Source: Macrostomum hystrix (lineage: Eukaryota; Animalia; Platyhelminthes). Taken from it: 64,000 nucleotides of DNA. The DNA is taken from contig CATNEN010000038.1 in NCBI GenBank assembly GCA_950097015.1, forward strand, positions 24,242,001 to 24,306,000, in the 5' to 3' direction. The notes beneath the pieces are model-generated. The model was not told the origin of the DNA and made no database searches. It saw nothing but the letters and a program-made list of their open reading frames with translations. The position numbers were made by a program, and so were the translations under genes. Below are positions 12,085 to 23,965 of the stretch, in pieces. Position 1 is the stretch's first letter. Each line of letters opens with the position of its first letter.

Positions 12085-12950
12085 TGGCAGGGAAATGGAT
12101 TAGAGTGGAAAGGAAAGTGATTAGAGTGGGAGGGAAAGGGATTAGAGTGGGAAGGAAAGGGATTAGAATGGGAGGTAAAGGGATTAGAGTGGGAGGTAAA
12201 GGGATCAGAGTGGGAGGGAAAGGGATTAGAGTGCGAAGGAAAGGGATTAGAGTGGGAGGTAAAGGGATTAGAATGGGAGGTAAAGGGATTAGAGTGGGAG
12301 GTAAAGGGATCAGAGTGGGAGGGAAAGGGATTAGAGTGCGAAGGAAAGGGATTAGAGCGGGAGGTAAAGGGATTAGAGTGGGGGGTAAAGGGATTAGGGT
12401 GGGAGGGAAAGGGATTAGAGTGGGAAGGAAAGGGATTAGAGTGGGAGGTAAAGGGATTAGAGTGGGAAGGAAAAGGATTAGAGTGGGAGGGAAAGGGATC
12501 AGAGTGGGAGGGAAAGGGATTAGAGTGGGAGGGAAAGGGATTAGAGTGGGAGGGAAAGGAATTAGAGTGGGAAGGAAAGGGATTAGAGTGGGAGGTAAAG
12601 GGATTAGAGTGGGAAGGAAAAGGATTAGAGTGGGAGGGAAAGGGATCAGAGTGGGAGGGAAAGGGATTAGAGTGGAAAGGAAAGGGATTATAGTGGGAGG
12701 TAAAGGGATTAGAGTGGGAGGAAAAGGGATCAGAGTGGGAGGGAAAGGGATCAGAGTGGGAAGTAAAGGGATTAGAGTGGGAGGTAAAGGGATTAGAGTG
12801 GGAAGTAAAAGGATTAGAGTCGGAGGTAAAGGGATTAGAGTGGGAGGTAAAGGGATCAGAGTCGGAGGGAAAGGGATTAGAGTGGGAGGTAAAGGGATCA
12901 GAGTCGGAGGGAAAGGGATTAGAGTCGGAGGGAAAGGAAAGGGAAGTTTA
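12085..12950. repeat. 21-bp G-rich minisatellite GGGATTAGAGTGGGAGGGAAA
   Basis: Direct reading; explains the GIRVGGK pseudo-ORF; TFG intron 1. Confidence 0.96.
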
Positions 12951-13065
12951 TAGTGAACTGGAAAATGGGTAGATTGGGAAGGAAATCTGATAGGAGAAAG
13001 AGAGAGAAATAGTAATGGGAATAAAACTAATGTGACAATTAATTATTGAGAGTTCTCAGGCGCAC

Positions 13066-13524
13066 CTGTACGGCCCTCATTCCAGCCGGATGGCCAGAGA
13101 ACAGTCCAGCTGAAGCAGCTTCTCGTCCTGGCAGGCAGACACGCAGGCGGAGGACAGTATTACCGCTGCTGCTGCTGTTGCTGCTGCTACGCAGGTAGGC
13201 ATTGTTAATGGCGAAAGTCAGATCGGAATCGTCGGCAATGGTGACGAGATCACCATCCTCGTCGGTGTATTTGATCAGGGTTGAGTCGTCCTGCCCAATG
13301 CCGCCACCTGTTGGATAGGTCCATTTGTTGCGAAACACTCGCTGCAGCATCAGCAGCAGCTCGTCGTAGGTTAGAAGACTCTCGTCAGTTAACAATTGAA
13401 TGCGCCTTATATCGTCGTCTAATTGTACTTTTAGTACAAGCTTGCCAGAGCCAATGGCATTGTTGCCAATGCCGCTGATTCCGCCACCACCGATGGCGGA
13501 CATTGGAGGGCCCTGTTGCTGATA
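13066..13524 (-). CDS. TFG: TFG homolog, exon 1 (PB1 domain)
   Basis: [19 protein letters not shown]...[15 protein letters not shown]...[23 protein letters not shown] is the TFG PB1 signature; acceptor tttccag| at 13525/13524; first internal ATG at 13503; donor CAG|gtgcgc; four exons total 386 codons including stop. Confidence 0.92.
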
Positions 13525-13589
13525 CTGGAAATTAAAAATTATTATTTTGTATCTGTTTTTCTTACCTTTTTTAGAGGACACATATTTGT

Positions 13590-13650
13590 ATCCCTGGGAC
13601 TGAGATTCGAACTCCTGACCTCTCAGTCAGAAGTTTAAGATTCTAACCTT
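13590..13650 (-). mobile_element. tRNA-like SINE head remnant
   Basis: Minus strand GGTTAGAAT...GAGAGGTCAGGAGTTCGAATCTC (B-box); a similar fragment lies at ~4662-4707 (+). Confidence 0.5.
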
Positions 13651-14632
13651 AAACCTGTCTCAATTTGACCATATGTGTATATTATATGATGTAGATCATA
13701 TTTATCTAGATTACATAGCCAGACCTAAAGACTTAGCTAGTTGATTAAAAAGAAGTTATTAAGATAAACATAATATTTCAATCTGATTGTGCAACTAGCA
13801 ACCATGAGCCCATTGCCCAAAAAAATAAAAAATTGATTAGGATGTAATAGGTCTTAGTAAAAATATTCAATTTGATTTTGCTTAATAATGTAGCTTTGGG
13901 AGATTTAATTTTATACACTACGCTCGTATCTCTTAAAACTAGAAACTTCATATTATCACAAGCTTGAAAAGAACTCAATAACTATACTAATACTATATAA
14001 AAACTAGGCATTAAAAACTGAAGAAGGAAGAAAATTTACTTTATGAACAACTATTTTTGTTTATGAAAGAATATGATATTTAATCAGAAGTTTTAAAGTG
14101 CCTTTACACCAATATTTCATTTAATATACATAGTTAATTTGAATGCTTCTTCTAGATTTTAAACTAATATTTCCTTTTTTCTGATCCTTCGTGTTATTTT
14201 CAGCTACCTTACAAATAAGAAACCAGCAAGCCATGTATACAGAAAAACTACTGTAATGTGATAATTAATGTGATGTGAGAGGTTGCTAGATTGCTTATCG
14301 AATAGCTGCTATCACAGAAACAATGTATAAATTGGGGAAATTTGTGCATTGTCATATGTTAATCTATCTACCCATGTTATAATTAACATGTTTGATTATC
14401 ACCAAATTAATATTACAGATTTATTGAATCCCTTATGTTAAAATTGACTAAAATATCAAGAAGTATTATATATAGTTACGGTTTTCATTTAAAGCATAAA
14501 ATATTTTCCCTGCACACCCACATAGTAAAGGCACGGTAGCCACGATAACTTGTAATTTTAATCGCGATATTGTTGTCAGTCAAATAGTGCAATTTTTCTT
14601 TAGCAGTAAATAACAAATGGATCGCAGATAAT

Positions 14633-14646
14633 GTTGCAATGGCAAT
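14633..14646. promoter_or_regulatory. RFX X-box-like motif GTTGCAATGGCAAT
   Basis: Two mismatches to GTTGCCATGGCAAC; ~640 nt upstream of a ciliary gene. Confidence 0.35.
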
Positions 14647-15287
14647 TTTAAATGTAAAAAATGTAAACATTTTTAACTTTTGTAAAATATAATTGTTTGT
14701 CTCTTTCTTCTCGTAAACTTCTTTCTAGTGCTAACCATTATTCTTTAGCGACCGCTTGTATATTTAACTTTTGCACCATCTTTGATTTTGTTCACCTCCA
14801 GCTAAATCATTACATGGGCGATTTTCTCTCGATTTATTTTGATAGTTTAATAAATACTATAAATGTTATTACATGAAAGGTGACAGTCAGCCTTGCAATT
14901 TTTTTCGTACGTGCCACTTATTTATATTACAAATGAAATTGCAGAGGATATAGCATCGTATCATTAGTTTCATGTCTCACAGCATGATTTGATGATTATA
15001 TAATAATCTATTATGCGTGTGCGAATATTCATTTGAATTCAAAGTTGAAACAACTTTTAAACATTTTATTGGGACACAATGGTTTTTCGGAAACAACTCC
15101 TAAATATTTAAATTACACAATTAAAGAAATCCAGTTTTGTGCATGTTACTGTAGTCTAACAATCATCACAATTATATATCCGAAAATATAAGGTTTAAAT
15201 TACGATGACCATAGATTGCACCGATATTTCTATTCATATTTAATAAAGCTACACCTCGACTGTAAATTCCAGCCACTCTGAAGCGCC

Positions 15288-15884
15288 ATGTCAACGGCAA
15301 AGCTACCATTAGGCAGTGTCCATCCGCACGTGAAGGCTAGCAAAGGAGGCGACGCGAATCTGATGAAGTTCTATTGCACAACATCGGCTAGCACTCACGG
15401 TGCACACTTTGCGAATTTCCAGCCTCGACCAGGCCGTCACACAGGCACAGGCTACCAGGCCAACCTGCGCCCAACAGTGCAGTACTCAGGCCGGCTAGAC
15501 CAGGTGGATAATCCCGCCATGGGCCGGATCGTGGCCGGTAATTATCGCACTGTTTTTCAAAGGGATTTTAATCCCTACTCGACGCCAACCGGATCTGAGC
15601 CGCTGCCGTTGACGGCACATCAGGTGCCAACCGGTTTTGTACGCGACGCCATGCTCATGCCGATGCAGCGTCGTCGTCAGCCGCTGCCGCAGCCTCTAAG
15701 CAGGTCGGCCACAGTCGCCGGGCCGTCCGAGTATCGCGAAAAATTCGCCGGCCGGCCCCTAGAAGCAGTGGACTTGGCTAGAAGCGACGTTGGACCAAAA
15801 GAGCGCACAGGCTTCACTAACAATGTGAAACTGAACGAACCCGTGCGCCACACCGAGCACTCGTCCTATCGGAACGAGAAGCCG
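15288..15884 (+). CDS. PPP1R32: PPP1R32 / SAXO4 (IIIG9) ciliary microtubule-associated protein, exon 1
   Basis: KLPLGSVHPHVKASKGGDANLMKFYCT...FQPRPGRHTGTGYQANLRP...DNPAMG matches the PPP1R32 N-terminus; donor CCG|gtaaga. Confidence 0.9.
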
Positions 15885-15948
15885 GTAAGATTTGTTTAAA
15901 TTCAACAAAAAAAAACAATTTGCTAAAAAATACTACTTTCCTAACTAG

Positions 15949-16125
15949 GGCTGGATGACGCATCGACCAACTGGCGTATCGATCTACACCACCGGCTACA
16001 GACCGCTTGAGGTTCCCGACGGTCACGAGCCTTTGCCGCATCTGGCCGATCGAGGGTCTCGCGACTCCGGCTTCTCGTCTGGCACCGTGCTGCTGCCCGC
16101 GTTCGCGCACAGAAATATGGCCGAT
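15949..16125 (+). CDS. PPP1R32: PPP1R32 exon 2
   Basis: aactag|GGC TGG ATG; YRPLEVPDGHEPLP repeat motif; donor GAT|gtaagt. Confidence 0.87.
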
Positions 16126-16229
16126 GTAAGTACAGCTGGTGCTTGTAAAAATCCAAGTAGCCGATATGTGTAGAAAATTTTTAATAAAACTTACTATTTT
16201 TAACCTTAGTCAATATAAAATTGTTCCAG

Positions 16230-16333
16230 GCCTACAGCAAACTGGGCGACCTACCGGAGGCCAGGCTGCGCCAGATTGCCAAATCTGATCCGGCCGAATT
16301 TGTCAACGTTCATCAGCCCAATAATTACACTTC
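16230..16333 (+). CDS. PPP1R32: PPP1R32 exon 3
   Basis: ttccag|GCC; RLRQIAKSDPAEFVN; donor TC|gtgagt. Confidence 0.85.
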
Positions 16334-16359
16334 GTGAGTTTGGCTTTGCTCGAGCACTT

Positions 16360-17045
16360 AGGTCTAACAGCTGACACAATGTCTAACAGATATTCTAGTG
16401 TAATGAATCTAACAGGTAATGTAGTCAATTTAACGTGTAGTTTAATGTATCTAAGGGGTACTTTAGTGTATCTAACAGGTAATTTGGTGTATCTAACAGG
16501 TACTGTCTAACAGGTAGTGTAGTCTATCTAAGGAGTAGTGTAGTTTATCTAACAGGTAGTGTAGTCTATCTAAGGAGTAGTGTAGTTTATCTAACAGGTA
16601 GTGTAGTCTATCTAAGGAGTAGCGTAGTCTATCTAAGGAGTAGTGTAGTTTATCTAACAGGTAGTGTAGTCTATCTAAGGAGTAGTGTAGTTTATCTAAC
16701 AGGCAGTGTAGTGTGTCTAACAGGCAGTGTAGTGTGTCTAACAGGCAGTGTAGTGTGTCTAACAGGCAGTGTAGTGTGTCTAACAGGCATTATAGTGTGT
16801 CTAACAGGCAGTGTAGTGTGTCTAACAGGCATTGTAGTGTGTCTAACAGGCATTGTAGTGTGTCTAACAGGCATTGTAGTGTGTCTAACAGGCATTGTAG
16901 TGTGTCTAACAGGCAGTGTAGTGTGTCTAACAGGCATTGTAGTGTACGTGTCTAGCAGGCAGTGTAGTGTGTCTAACAGGCAGTGTAGTGTGTCTATCAG
17001 GCAGTGTAGTGTGTCTAACAGGCAGTGTAAGTGTGCCTAACAGGT
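16360..17045. repeat. 21-bp minisatellite GTCTAACAGGCAGTGTAGTGT
   Basis: Direct reading; PPP1R32 intron 3. Confidence 0.95.
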
Positions 17046-17189
17046 AGCGAACCTGTAAAAATATTCGCAGCATTTCTAATAGAAAAAGTCTATTTCAAAT
17101 GTTCAGAAAGTAACATAAAGTACTCGTAGATGCGTTTTTTTGCCTTCATTTCATTTATCACTGAGCGCTAAACAAACGAAACCCCTCAG

Positions 17190-17360
17190 GGTGTACAAGA
17201 ACATGTTCCAAGGCAAGCAGGGCCCTGACCAGACGTACGCAGATCGGCTAGGCAATACGGCCGTCGGCGACAAGGAGCCAACTGGTCACGTGACTAACGA
17301 CAACGGCTACGTGCAGAAGCGCGACAGCGCGGCAAGATTTCTTACTAACTATACTACTCA
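17190..17360 (+). CDS. PPP1R32: PPP1R32 exon 4
   Basis: cctcag|G GTG TAC; VGDKEPTGHVTND motif; donor CA|gtaagt. Confidence 0.87.
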
Positions 17361-17574
17361 GTAAGTAGGATGGTAGGAAAAACTAAAAATAATTTTAGTT
17401 TTTTTATTCATTTAATAAAAAATATATTCTTATTTTTTATCTTTTATATTTATAGTATGTTATCTTTATTTATATTCTTCTTTCTTCCTATTTTATAAAA
17501 ATATATTCTTCTATATTATGAATAAATAAAAAAATAAATACTATTAAACTGTGCTAAAAACAACCTCCCTTCAG

Positions 17575-17736
17575 ATTCCTAGACACGACGCCGGTGGGAA
17601 AAGATCGCGAAGGTCACACAGCATTTGGCGTGCTGCCGGCTCAGGACGACGGCTTCACTAAAAGTACAAAGACTCACTTTAGTAGAGACTTTCGACCGGC
17701 TCCACTGCTGAGATCAATGGATCCTTATCAAGCCAG
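17575..17736 (+). CDS. PPP1R32: PPP1R32 exon 5
   Basis: cttcag|A TTC; PVGKDREGHT...DGFTKS; donor AG|gtgagt. Confidence 0.85.
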
Positions 17737-17836
17737 GTGAGTAGAATAATTACTCAAACTGAGGTGTTCAATAATTAATACTTTAACAGAAATCTGCTAG
17801 TTATAACAAGAAAATCTATTGTCGATGAAATTTCAG

Positions 17837-17933
17837 GTCGGTTGTAGCCAGGGATCGATTCTTCGACGATCACACCTACGATCGAAAAGTGCAGCAAGTG
17901 CCATGCATGTGCCCTAGCGGCGGCGGCCTGTGA
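17837..17933 (+). CDS. PPP1R32: PPP1R32 exon 6 (stop); total ~435 aa
   Basis: tttcag|G TCG; RSVVARDRFF; TGA at 17931; AATAAA at 17951. Confidence 0.85.
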
Positions 17934-18794
17934 TTAATTAAAAAATCGAGAATAAAATATTCTTAAAAATTAGAATTCACTATTAACTTACGCGACGGAA
18001 TGGTCATATTAAGTTAAAAAAAATTGACGAAATAATATTTCCTTATTACTTTATTTCTGATAATTTATTTTCTTCTGCCTTGGTCGCCTGTAAGATGTAT
18101 ATATTTTTATAACTAAATTGGCCGATTCAAGTAAAAATAGTGAGGAAAACTTTTTTAAAATAAAAATACTGTGATAAGATTGTTATTGTGATGTTGAAAG
18201 GGTAATGTAATTTTATTTAACCGTTACATTATATTCGCATATTATAAAGTTTGTTAAAGTACACTGACTTATTTAAGTTAAAAAACAAATGTCATTTGGT
18301 TTAAACTAACTTAAAACCTAACTGCTCATTTAAAAAAAATCGCAAACAATTATATTAAGGCCCAAAATCTGTTAAAAATACTTTGTCTTATTACTGAAAT
18401 ATATTTAACAATTTCTACAAAACTTAGATTTGAACACGTAATGTTTTTTATGTTATCTGCATTGATTTTGACGGATTAAAAATATCATTTTTGTTTGATC
18501 TCACTTGAAAAGTATTGCTGGTTTTTTAATTTTGTATAAACCAGACCTTTAGAAAAAAAACTTTATAAAACCAGTTAAGAGGAAACTTATTAACAAACTG
18601 GGGAATATTTTGGATATATAAAAGGCTAATAAGAATTGACAGCAAGCAAGTTACGGAGGTAGGCAAAATTTAAACTAAGGTTTAAATTTGTTTTCCTACT
18701 TACAGCATATACTACTACTTTGTAAAGTGTTTTAGGCAGTTAGTGAAATTATAATCTTCTGTTTATTAATTATGACGTTTTTTACCGGTTCTTC

Positions 18795-19032
18795 ACCTAT
18801 CTATCCCCCGATTTTTCAATGATCTATCCCCTGATTCTTCAGTGATCTATCCCCTGATTCTTCAGTGATCTATCCCCTGATTCTTCAGTGATCTATCCCC
18901 TGATTCTTCAGTGATCTATCCCCTGATTATTCAGCGATCTATCCCCTGATTATTCAATGATCTATCCCCTCATGAGTATTCAGTGATCTATCCCCTAATC
19001 ATTCAGTGATCTATCCCCTGATTCTTCAGTGG
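18795..19032. repeat. 23-bp minisatellite GATCTATCCCCTGATTCTTCAGT
   Basis: Direct reading, ~10 units. Confidence 0.92.
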
Positions 19033-20169
19033 TCTGAATTAAACATAATTTTCAAGTCTGTATTTCATGCAAAGCGACCCGAGTTATTATTTTGGCCGAA
19101 GTCTTTGTACAATGAAAATCAAAAGAATTCATGAGGCATTACTGTCACAAACTAAAACGCAACTTGGGCATCAAAATCGTCACGGTTGTCTGCACGTTAT
19201 TTTCAGTATCCGTGCAAGATTTTTTATCGAAGGAAAGTGAAGAAAAAAACAAATTACACCAATAATGATTTCCCGAGGCTATACCCGGCATAGAAATCTG
19301 TTAAAATGTATAGTAACGAGCACTGTCAACGATATAAAAAATCTAGTTTGTAACTATTTCCCCCAACCAATTGAAGATTATGAAGTCATAATGCGATTTC
19401 GAATTCGGGTAGCAATGCTTTGAGTTTCTGTGTAGCTTCGGGGTGTGGGGAGGAGAAGGAAGGAGAGACGGGAGATTCGGCTCTCGTGGTTCAGCCGAGC
19501 GGTGAAAATCAGATCAGCTGGGCTGACTCCGAGTGTCTCCGCTGGCCCTGACCTCGCATACGTTAAAAAAATGAGTGATTGAGTGAGAGACATGCAGAGA
19601 TAAGGAGGCCGGCCTCCCCCCTCCGCTGCGTCCCCGCGTCAGGCGGCCCAAAGCGCAAAGATACTAAGAGAAAGGTTTGCAGGGATAATCTCGTAGTATA
19701 GGAAAATTGGGAAGAGGAAAAGAGGAAAAATTGAGATGCAAAAAAACGAGAAGCAGCGGTCAAGCTTCGACGCACCCCAATCCCTGTCTACTCAATCTCG
19801 AGTCTCATTTTTTCCCAATTATTCTCCATCTCTCATTGCAAAGTGTCTCGTCTTTGACAAAGCCTCCATGATCTCACCCCGCAACCCCAATTGCGGTGCC
19901 TCCGCTGCGGTGTGGCTAGGGTCACAAAGAGATCTTCGCCGTGGCCACAACTTTGACTCGACAATCTCATTAATCCGTAAGCCGATTATCTTCCGCAACC
20001 TCCACTTCTGTAGAAGCAAGTGGCTGTGGGTGGGTCGGATTGAAGAGATCGGAAAGAGGAAAGTAAAATGAATTTAAAATTCCCGAGTAAGACTTGATCA
20101 GATTTCGAATTCTACATTTTGGACAGGACGCAACGCCGGATACCACCATCGTTTAATTTTGTAGGAAAA

Positions 20170-20518
20170 ATGTCACTCATCTCTCACAGTCTGTCACATG
20201 TCACTCTCTCACAGTCTGTCACATGTCACTCTCTCACAGTCTGTCACATGTCACTCTCTCACAGTCTGTCACATGTCACTCTCTCACAGTCTGTCACATG
20301 TCACTCTCTCACAGTCTGTCACATGTCACTCTCTCACAGTCTGTCACATGTCACTCTCTCACAGTATGTCACTCTCTCATAGTCTGTCATATATCATATG
20401 TCACTCTCTCTCAGTATGTCACTCTCCTATCTCTCAGTATGTCACTCTCCTATCTCTCAGTATGTCACTCTCCTATCTCTCAGTATGTCACTCTCCTATC
20501 TCTCAGTATGTCACTCTT
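20170..20518. repeat. 25-bp minisatellite ATGTCACTCTCTCACAGTCTGTCAC followed by a 23-bp variant
   Basis: Direct reading. Confidence 0.92.
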
Positions 20519-21388
20519 CAAGGATTTTGGGGGAAAAGCAAGAAGCAAACAATTATTAGTGAACGCAATATAAACAACAACCGAAGTGTCTAACTTTTTA
20601 ATAATTCGGTGCTTTTTAATATTTATTTTTTGAAAGTTAACAAAAAACTGACGAGTATGACTACAATAATATTATTATAGGCTTTAAAATACAAAAAAAT
20701 CGAAATTTGAACAAATAGATAGTAACTGTAAGTAAAGATGTTGAAAGTAAACATTTACAACAAATTAGATGGCAAATTTCTTAATAATTTCGCGTTGTTG
20801 CGGCGTAAAACAAAAATTGACAACTTTACAACGAAATTCATGTAAATACGAATATTGTGTCAAACTGAAACACAAAGTTGATCATCAAAAAGAATTATTT
20901 TACTTCAAAGTAACGCAGCAATAGTACGAGCTATATTAGCAAGTGAAATTATTGGGAATTTTTTAATATGTAATTGCACAATGCTTGCAGGATAAACAAT
21001 GATGACAACGCATGATTCTATGGCCAAACTACATTAGAGTAATATTAATTAAATTAGTATTTATTTATGTACTATTTATTATTGATTAATATTTTTTTTA
21101 TTTAAAAAAAGTAATTTTTTTACTAATTATTATTGCTTATTATTATTTTATCATTATTTATTACTGAGATCTTAATTATTTTGTTTATTTATATATTTAT
21201 TTTTTTGGATTATTTAAACTACATAAGCAAACTAAGCTAAGTTCTCACATTTGCGTTTACAACACTAGCTAGTACAAATTTGTATTCACCACGACAGAGA
21301 AAATCTTTTTTATTATTATATAGTCATGCAGTATCTTTACTCTTCTAATATTTAGTCATGTTCAACAGAGGTTAACAGCTAGGCATCA

Positions 21389-21515
21389 TCAGCATTTGAA
21401 CATATCCGTAAGGAGTCGCTCAATGTTTGTTATCGCCTGGCCGAAGAACGCCCGCTCTAGGCGATCGTGGGGACAAATTTTCACCGATGTAAGCATCAGC
21501 AGCAGCCTGCCGAAA
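21389..21515 (-). CDS. NR2E3: NR2E3/PNR nuclear receptor, exon 6 (LBD end, AF-2)
   Basis: RFGRLLLML...IERLLTDMFKC*, typical NR2E C-terminus; acceptor aaacag|. Confidence 0.92.
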
Positions 21516-21584
21516 CTGTTTTTTTGTGGGAAATGCTAGATGAGATTTAGTATTGAAAATTGTTTCGCAAATAGACCATATTAA

Positions 21585-22048
21585 AACTCGACTCTACTCA
21601 AACTTGAACTCGACTCAAACTCAACTCTACTCAAAACTCAACTCTGCTCAAAACTCGAACCTACTCAAACTCTACTCTACTCAAACTCTACTCTACTCTA
21701 CTCAAACTCTACTCTACTCTACTCAAACTCTACTCTACTCTACTCTACTCTACTCTATTCTACTCAAACTCTACTCTACTCTACTCAAACTCTACTCTAC
21801 TCTACTTTACTCTACTCTACTCTACTTTACTCTACTCTACTCAAGCTCTACTCAAACGAATATACTCAAACTCTACTCTACTCAAACTTTACCCTACTCA
21901 AACTCTTCTCTGCTCAAACTGTACTCTACTAAAACTTTAGTATACTCAAAATCTACTCTACTTAAACTTTAGTATGCTCAAACTCTACTCTACTTAAAAT
22001 TGACTCTGCTTAGAAACGATTTTACTCAAACACGATCCTACTCAAAAC
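21585..22048. repeat. (CTACT)n-type microsatellite filling NR2E3 intron 5
   Basis: Direct reading. Confidence 0.9.
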
Positions 22049-22052
22049 TTAC

Positions 22053-22375
22053 CGCGTGGGCTGAGCCGGATGCTGCAGTCGAGTGTGCTGATGCAGCATT
22101 AGCTGGGCGTGATCCTGCAGAGCATCCACCTGTGTCGGATCTTTCAAGCCCCTGGCTTCGGTGCGGAACAGGCAGACAGCTTTCAAGCAGGCGAACTCAG
22201 CCGGATCAACGCCAAGCTGGCGAAATCGTTGAAGCAGTTCGCCGAGTTTGACCGTCTCGCGACACGCGGCCGGAGAATCCGACGGTGGCACCAGGGGTGA
22301 CGATTCCAACGGCAATGACCACTGGACAGCGCATAAGATGAACAGCTCGCACCAGGATTCTTCTAGGAGAATCAC
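22053..22375 (-). CDS. NR2E3: NR2E3 exon 5 (LBD)
   Basis: VILLEESWCELFILCAVQWSLPLE...VDPAEFACLKAVCLFRTEARGLKDP; cgcag| acceptor, CG|gtaagt donor. Confidence 0.94.
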
Positions 22376-22559
22376 CTGCGACAAGGCGGGCGGGAGGGAA
22401 CAGATTGTCGATTGGGATTTTAAACGCAGAGGGAATAAAGTAGACAAAACCCTGACGGCACAGAGAAACAATTCCACAGGTTTGGCTTTAGACTAATAGA
22501 TTGAAATTTAGAAACTTTGCGAAACTCTCCCGAACTGGAATATGCCCAAAACAGAGTCT

Positions 22560-22980
22560 CGCTAAAACAATATCTCCCAAAACCAGACTCTCCAAGAATC
22601 TTCCCAAACTAGAGCCATCCTAAACTAGAATCTTCCCAAACTAGAATCGTCCTTAACTAGAATATTCCCAAACTAAAACCTTCCAAAACTAGAATCTTCC
22701 CAAACTAGAATCTTCCAAAACTAGAATCTTCCCAAACCGGAATCTCCAAAAAAAGAATCTTCCCAAACAAGAATCTTCCCAAACTAGAATCTTCCCAAAC
22801 CGGAATCTCCAAAAAAAGAATCTTCCCAAACTAGAATCTTCCCAAACTAGAATCTTCCCAAACTAGAATCTTCCCAAACTAGAATCTTCCCAAACTAGAA
22901 TCTTCCCAAACTAGAATCTTCCCAAACTAGAATCTTCCCAAACCAGAATCATCCCAAACAAGAATCTTCCCAAAACTAGA
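22560..22980 (+). repeat. 16-bp minisatellite CCCAAACTAGAATCTT
   Basis: Direct reading; reverse complement of the 24820-25392 array. Confidence 0.95.
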
Positions 22981-23048
22981 AACTTTCGATTTTTTTTCCC
23001 AAACTATAAGCTTCCAAAAGCCGAAACATTTCGGTGCTCAAGTCTCAC

Positions 23049-23740
23049 CTGGTCCCTGAAGGGCAGGTTAGCAAAGCTGGGCAAGCTTTTGGTCCAGCGG
23101 ACCGCCATAAACAGCAGTCTGGCTGAGCACTCGTGCAGCGCCTCCTCGGGGCTCTGACTGGGCGGCACTGTTGAATAAGCCGAAGTTGACGATGCCATTG
23201 AGGACGATGTTGGCTGGTGAAATTTGCCGAATTCCGACATTCCGGCCGATGCGGCGGCCACCGCGGCCGCTGCTGACGGGCCCGATGATGACGTCGTCTG
23301 GCCAGTGGCGTCGACACTATCCGGACGACTCCCAGCGCCGCCGTGTCCAGAGGAAGCCGACGTCGATGATGCGTCAGGATCGTCCACAGCTGCGAGGACA
23401 TTGGGGCCAGCAACGGCGGAGCTGGTTGAAGCGGCGGCTGCAGCGGCTGCGGCCGCGGCTGCGGCGGCGGCGGCAGCGGCGGCAAAGAACGGATGCTGCT
23501 GCTGGTGATGATGCTGACTGTACTGATGACTCGGATGATGCTGCTGCTGCTGCTGCTGATTGAGAAAGAAGGCAGCCGCGGCTGCAGCCGGATGTGGAAT
23601 GAACGCCGCCGGACGGTGGACGCTGCCATGCAACGATGGCGGAGGCGGAGGAGGAGGCGGTGGCGGCGGCGGCGGCTGCACAGAGGCTGTCTGATATGTC
23701 GATGCCGACACGGATAATTGAGTTGTCGATGTTGGCATCG

Positions 23741-23802
<62 letters not shown>

Positions 23803-23965
23803 TGTTGGGCAGATAGAATGGAACTAAATCCTGGATGAGTGGCGCTAACAGTCACGTGACCCAGTCCGAGTGAGGCGGCCGATTCAAAGCCAGCCGAGGC
23901 GTCCATGAGCAGCTGGTCGTTTCGCACCTGCGAGGAATTTCTCGGCTGCCGCTCGTTTTGCACGG
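23049..23965 (-). CDS. NR2E3: NR2E3 exon 4 (T-box, low-complexity hinge, LBD start)
   Basis: [11 protein letters not shown]...[32 protein letters not shown]; tttcag| acceptor, CAG|gtgaga donor. Confidence 0.93.
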
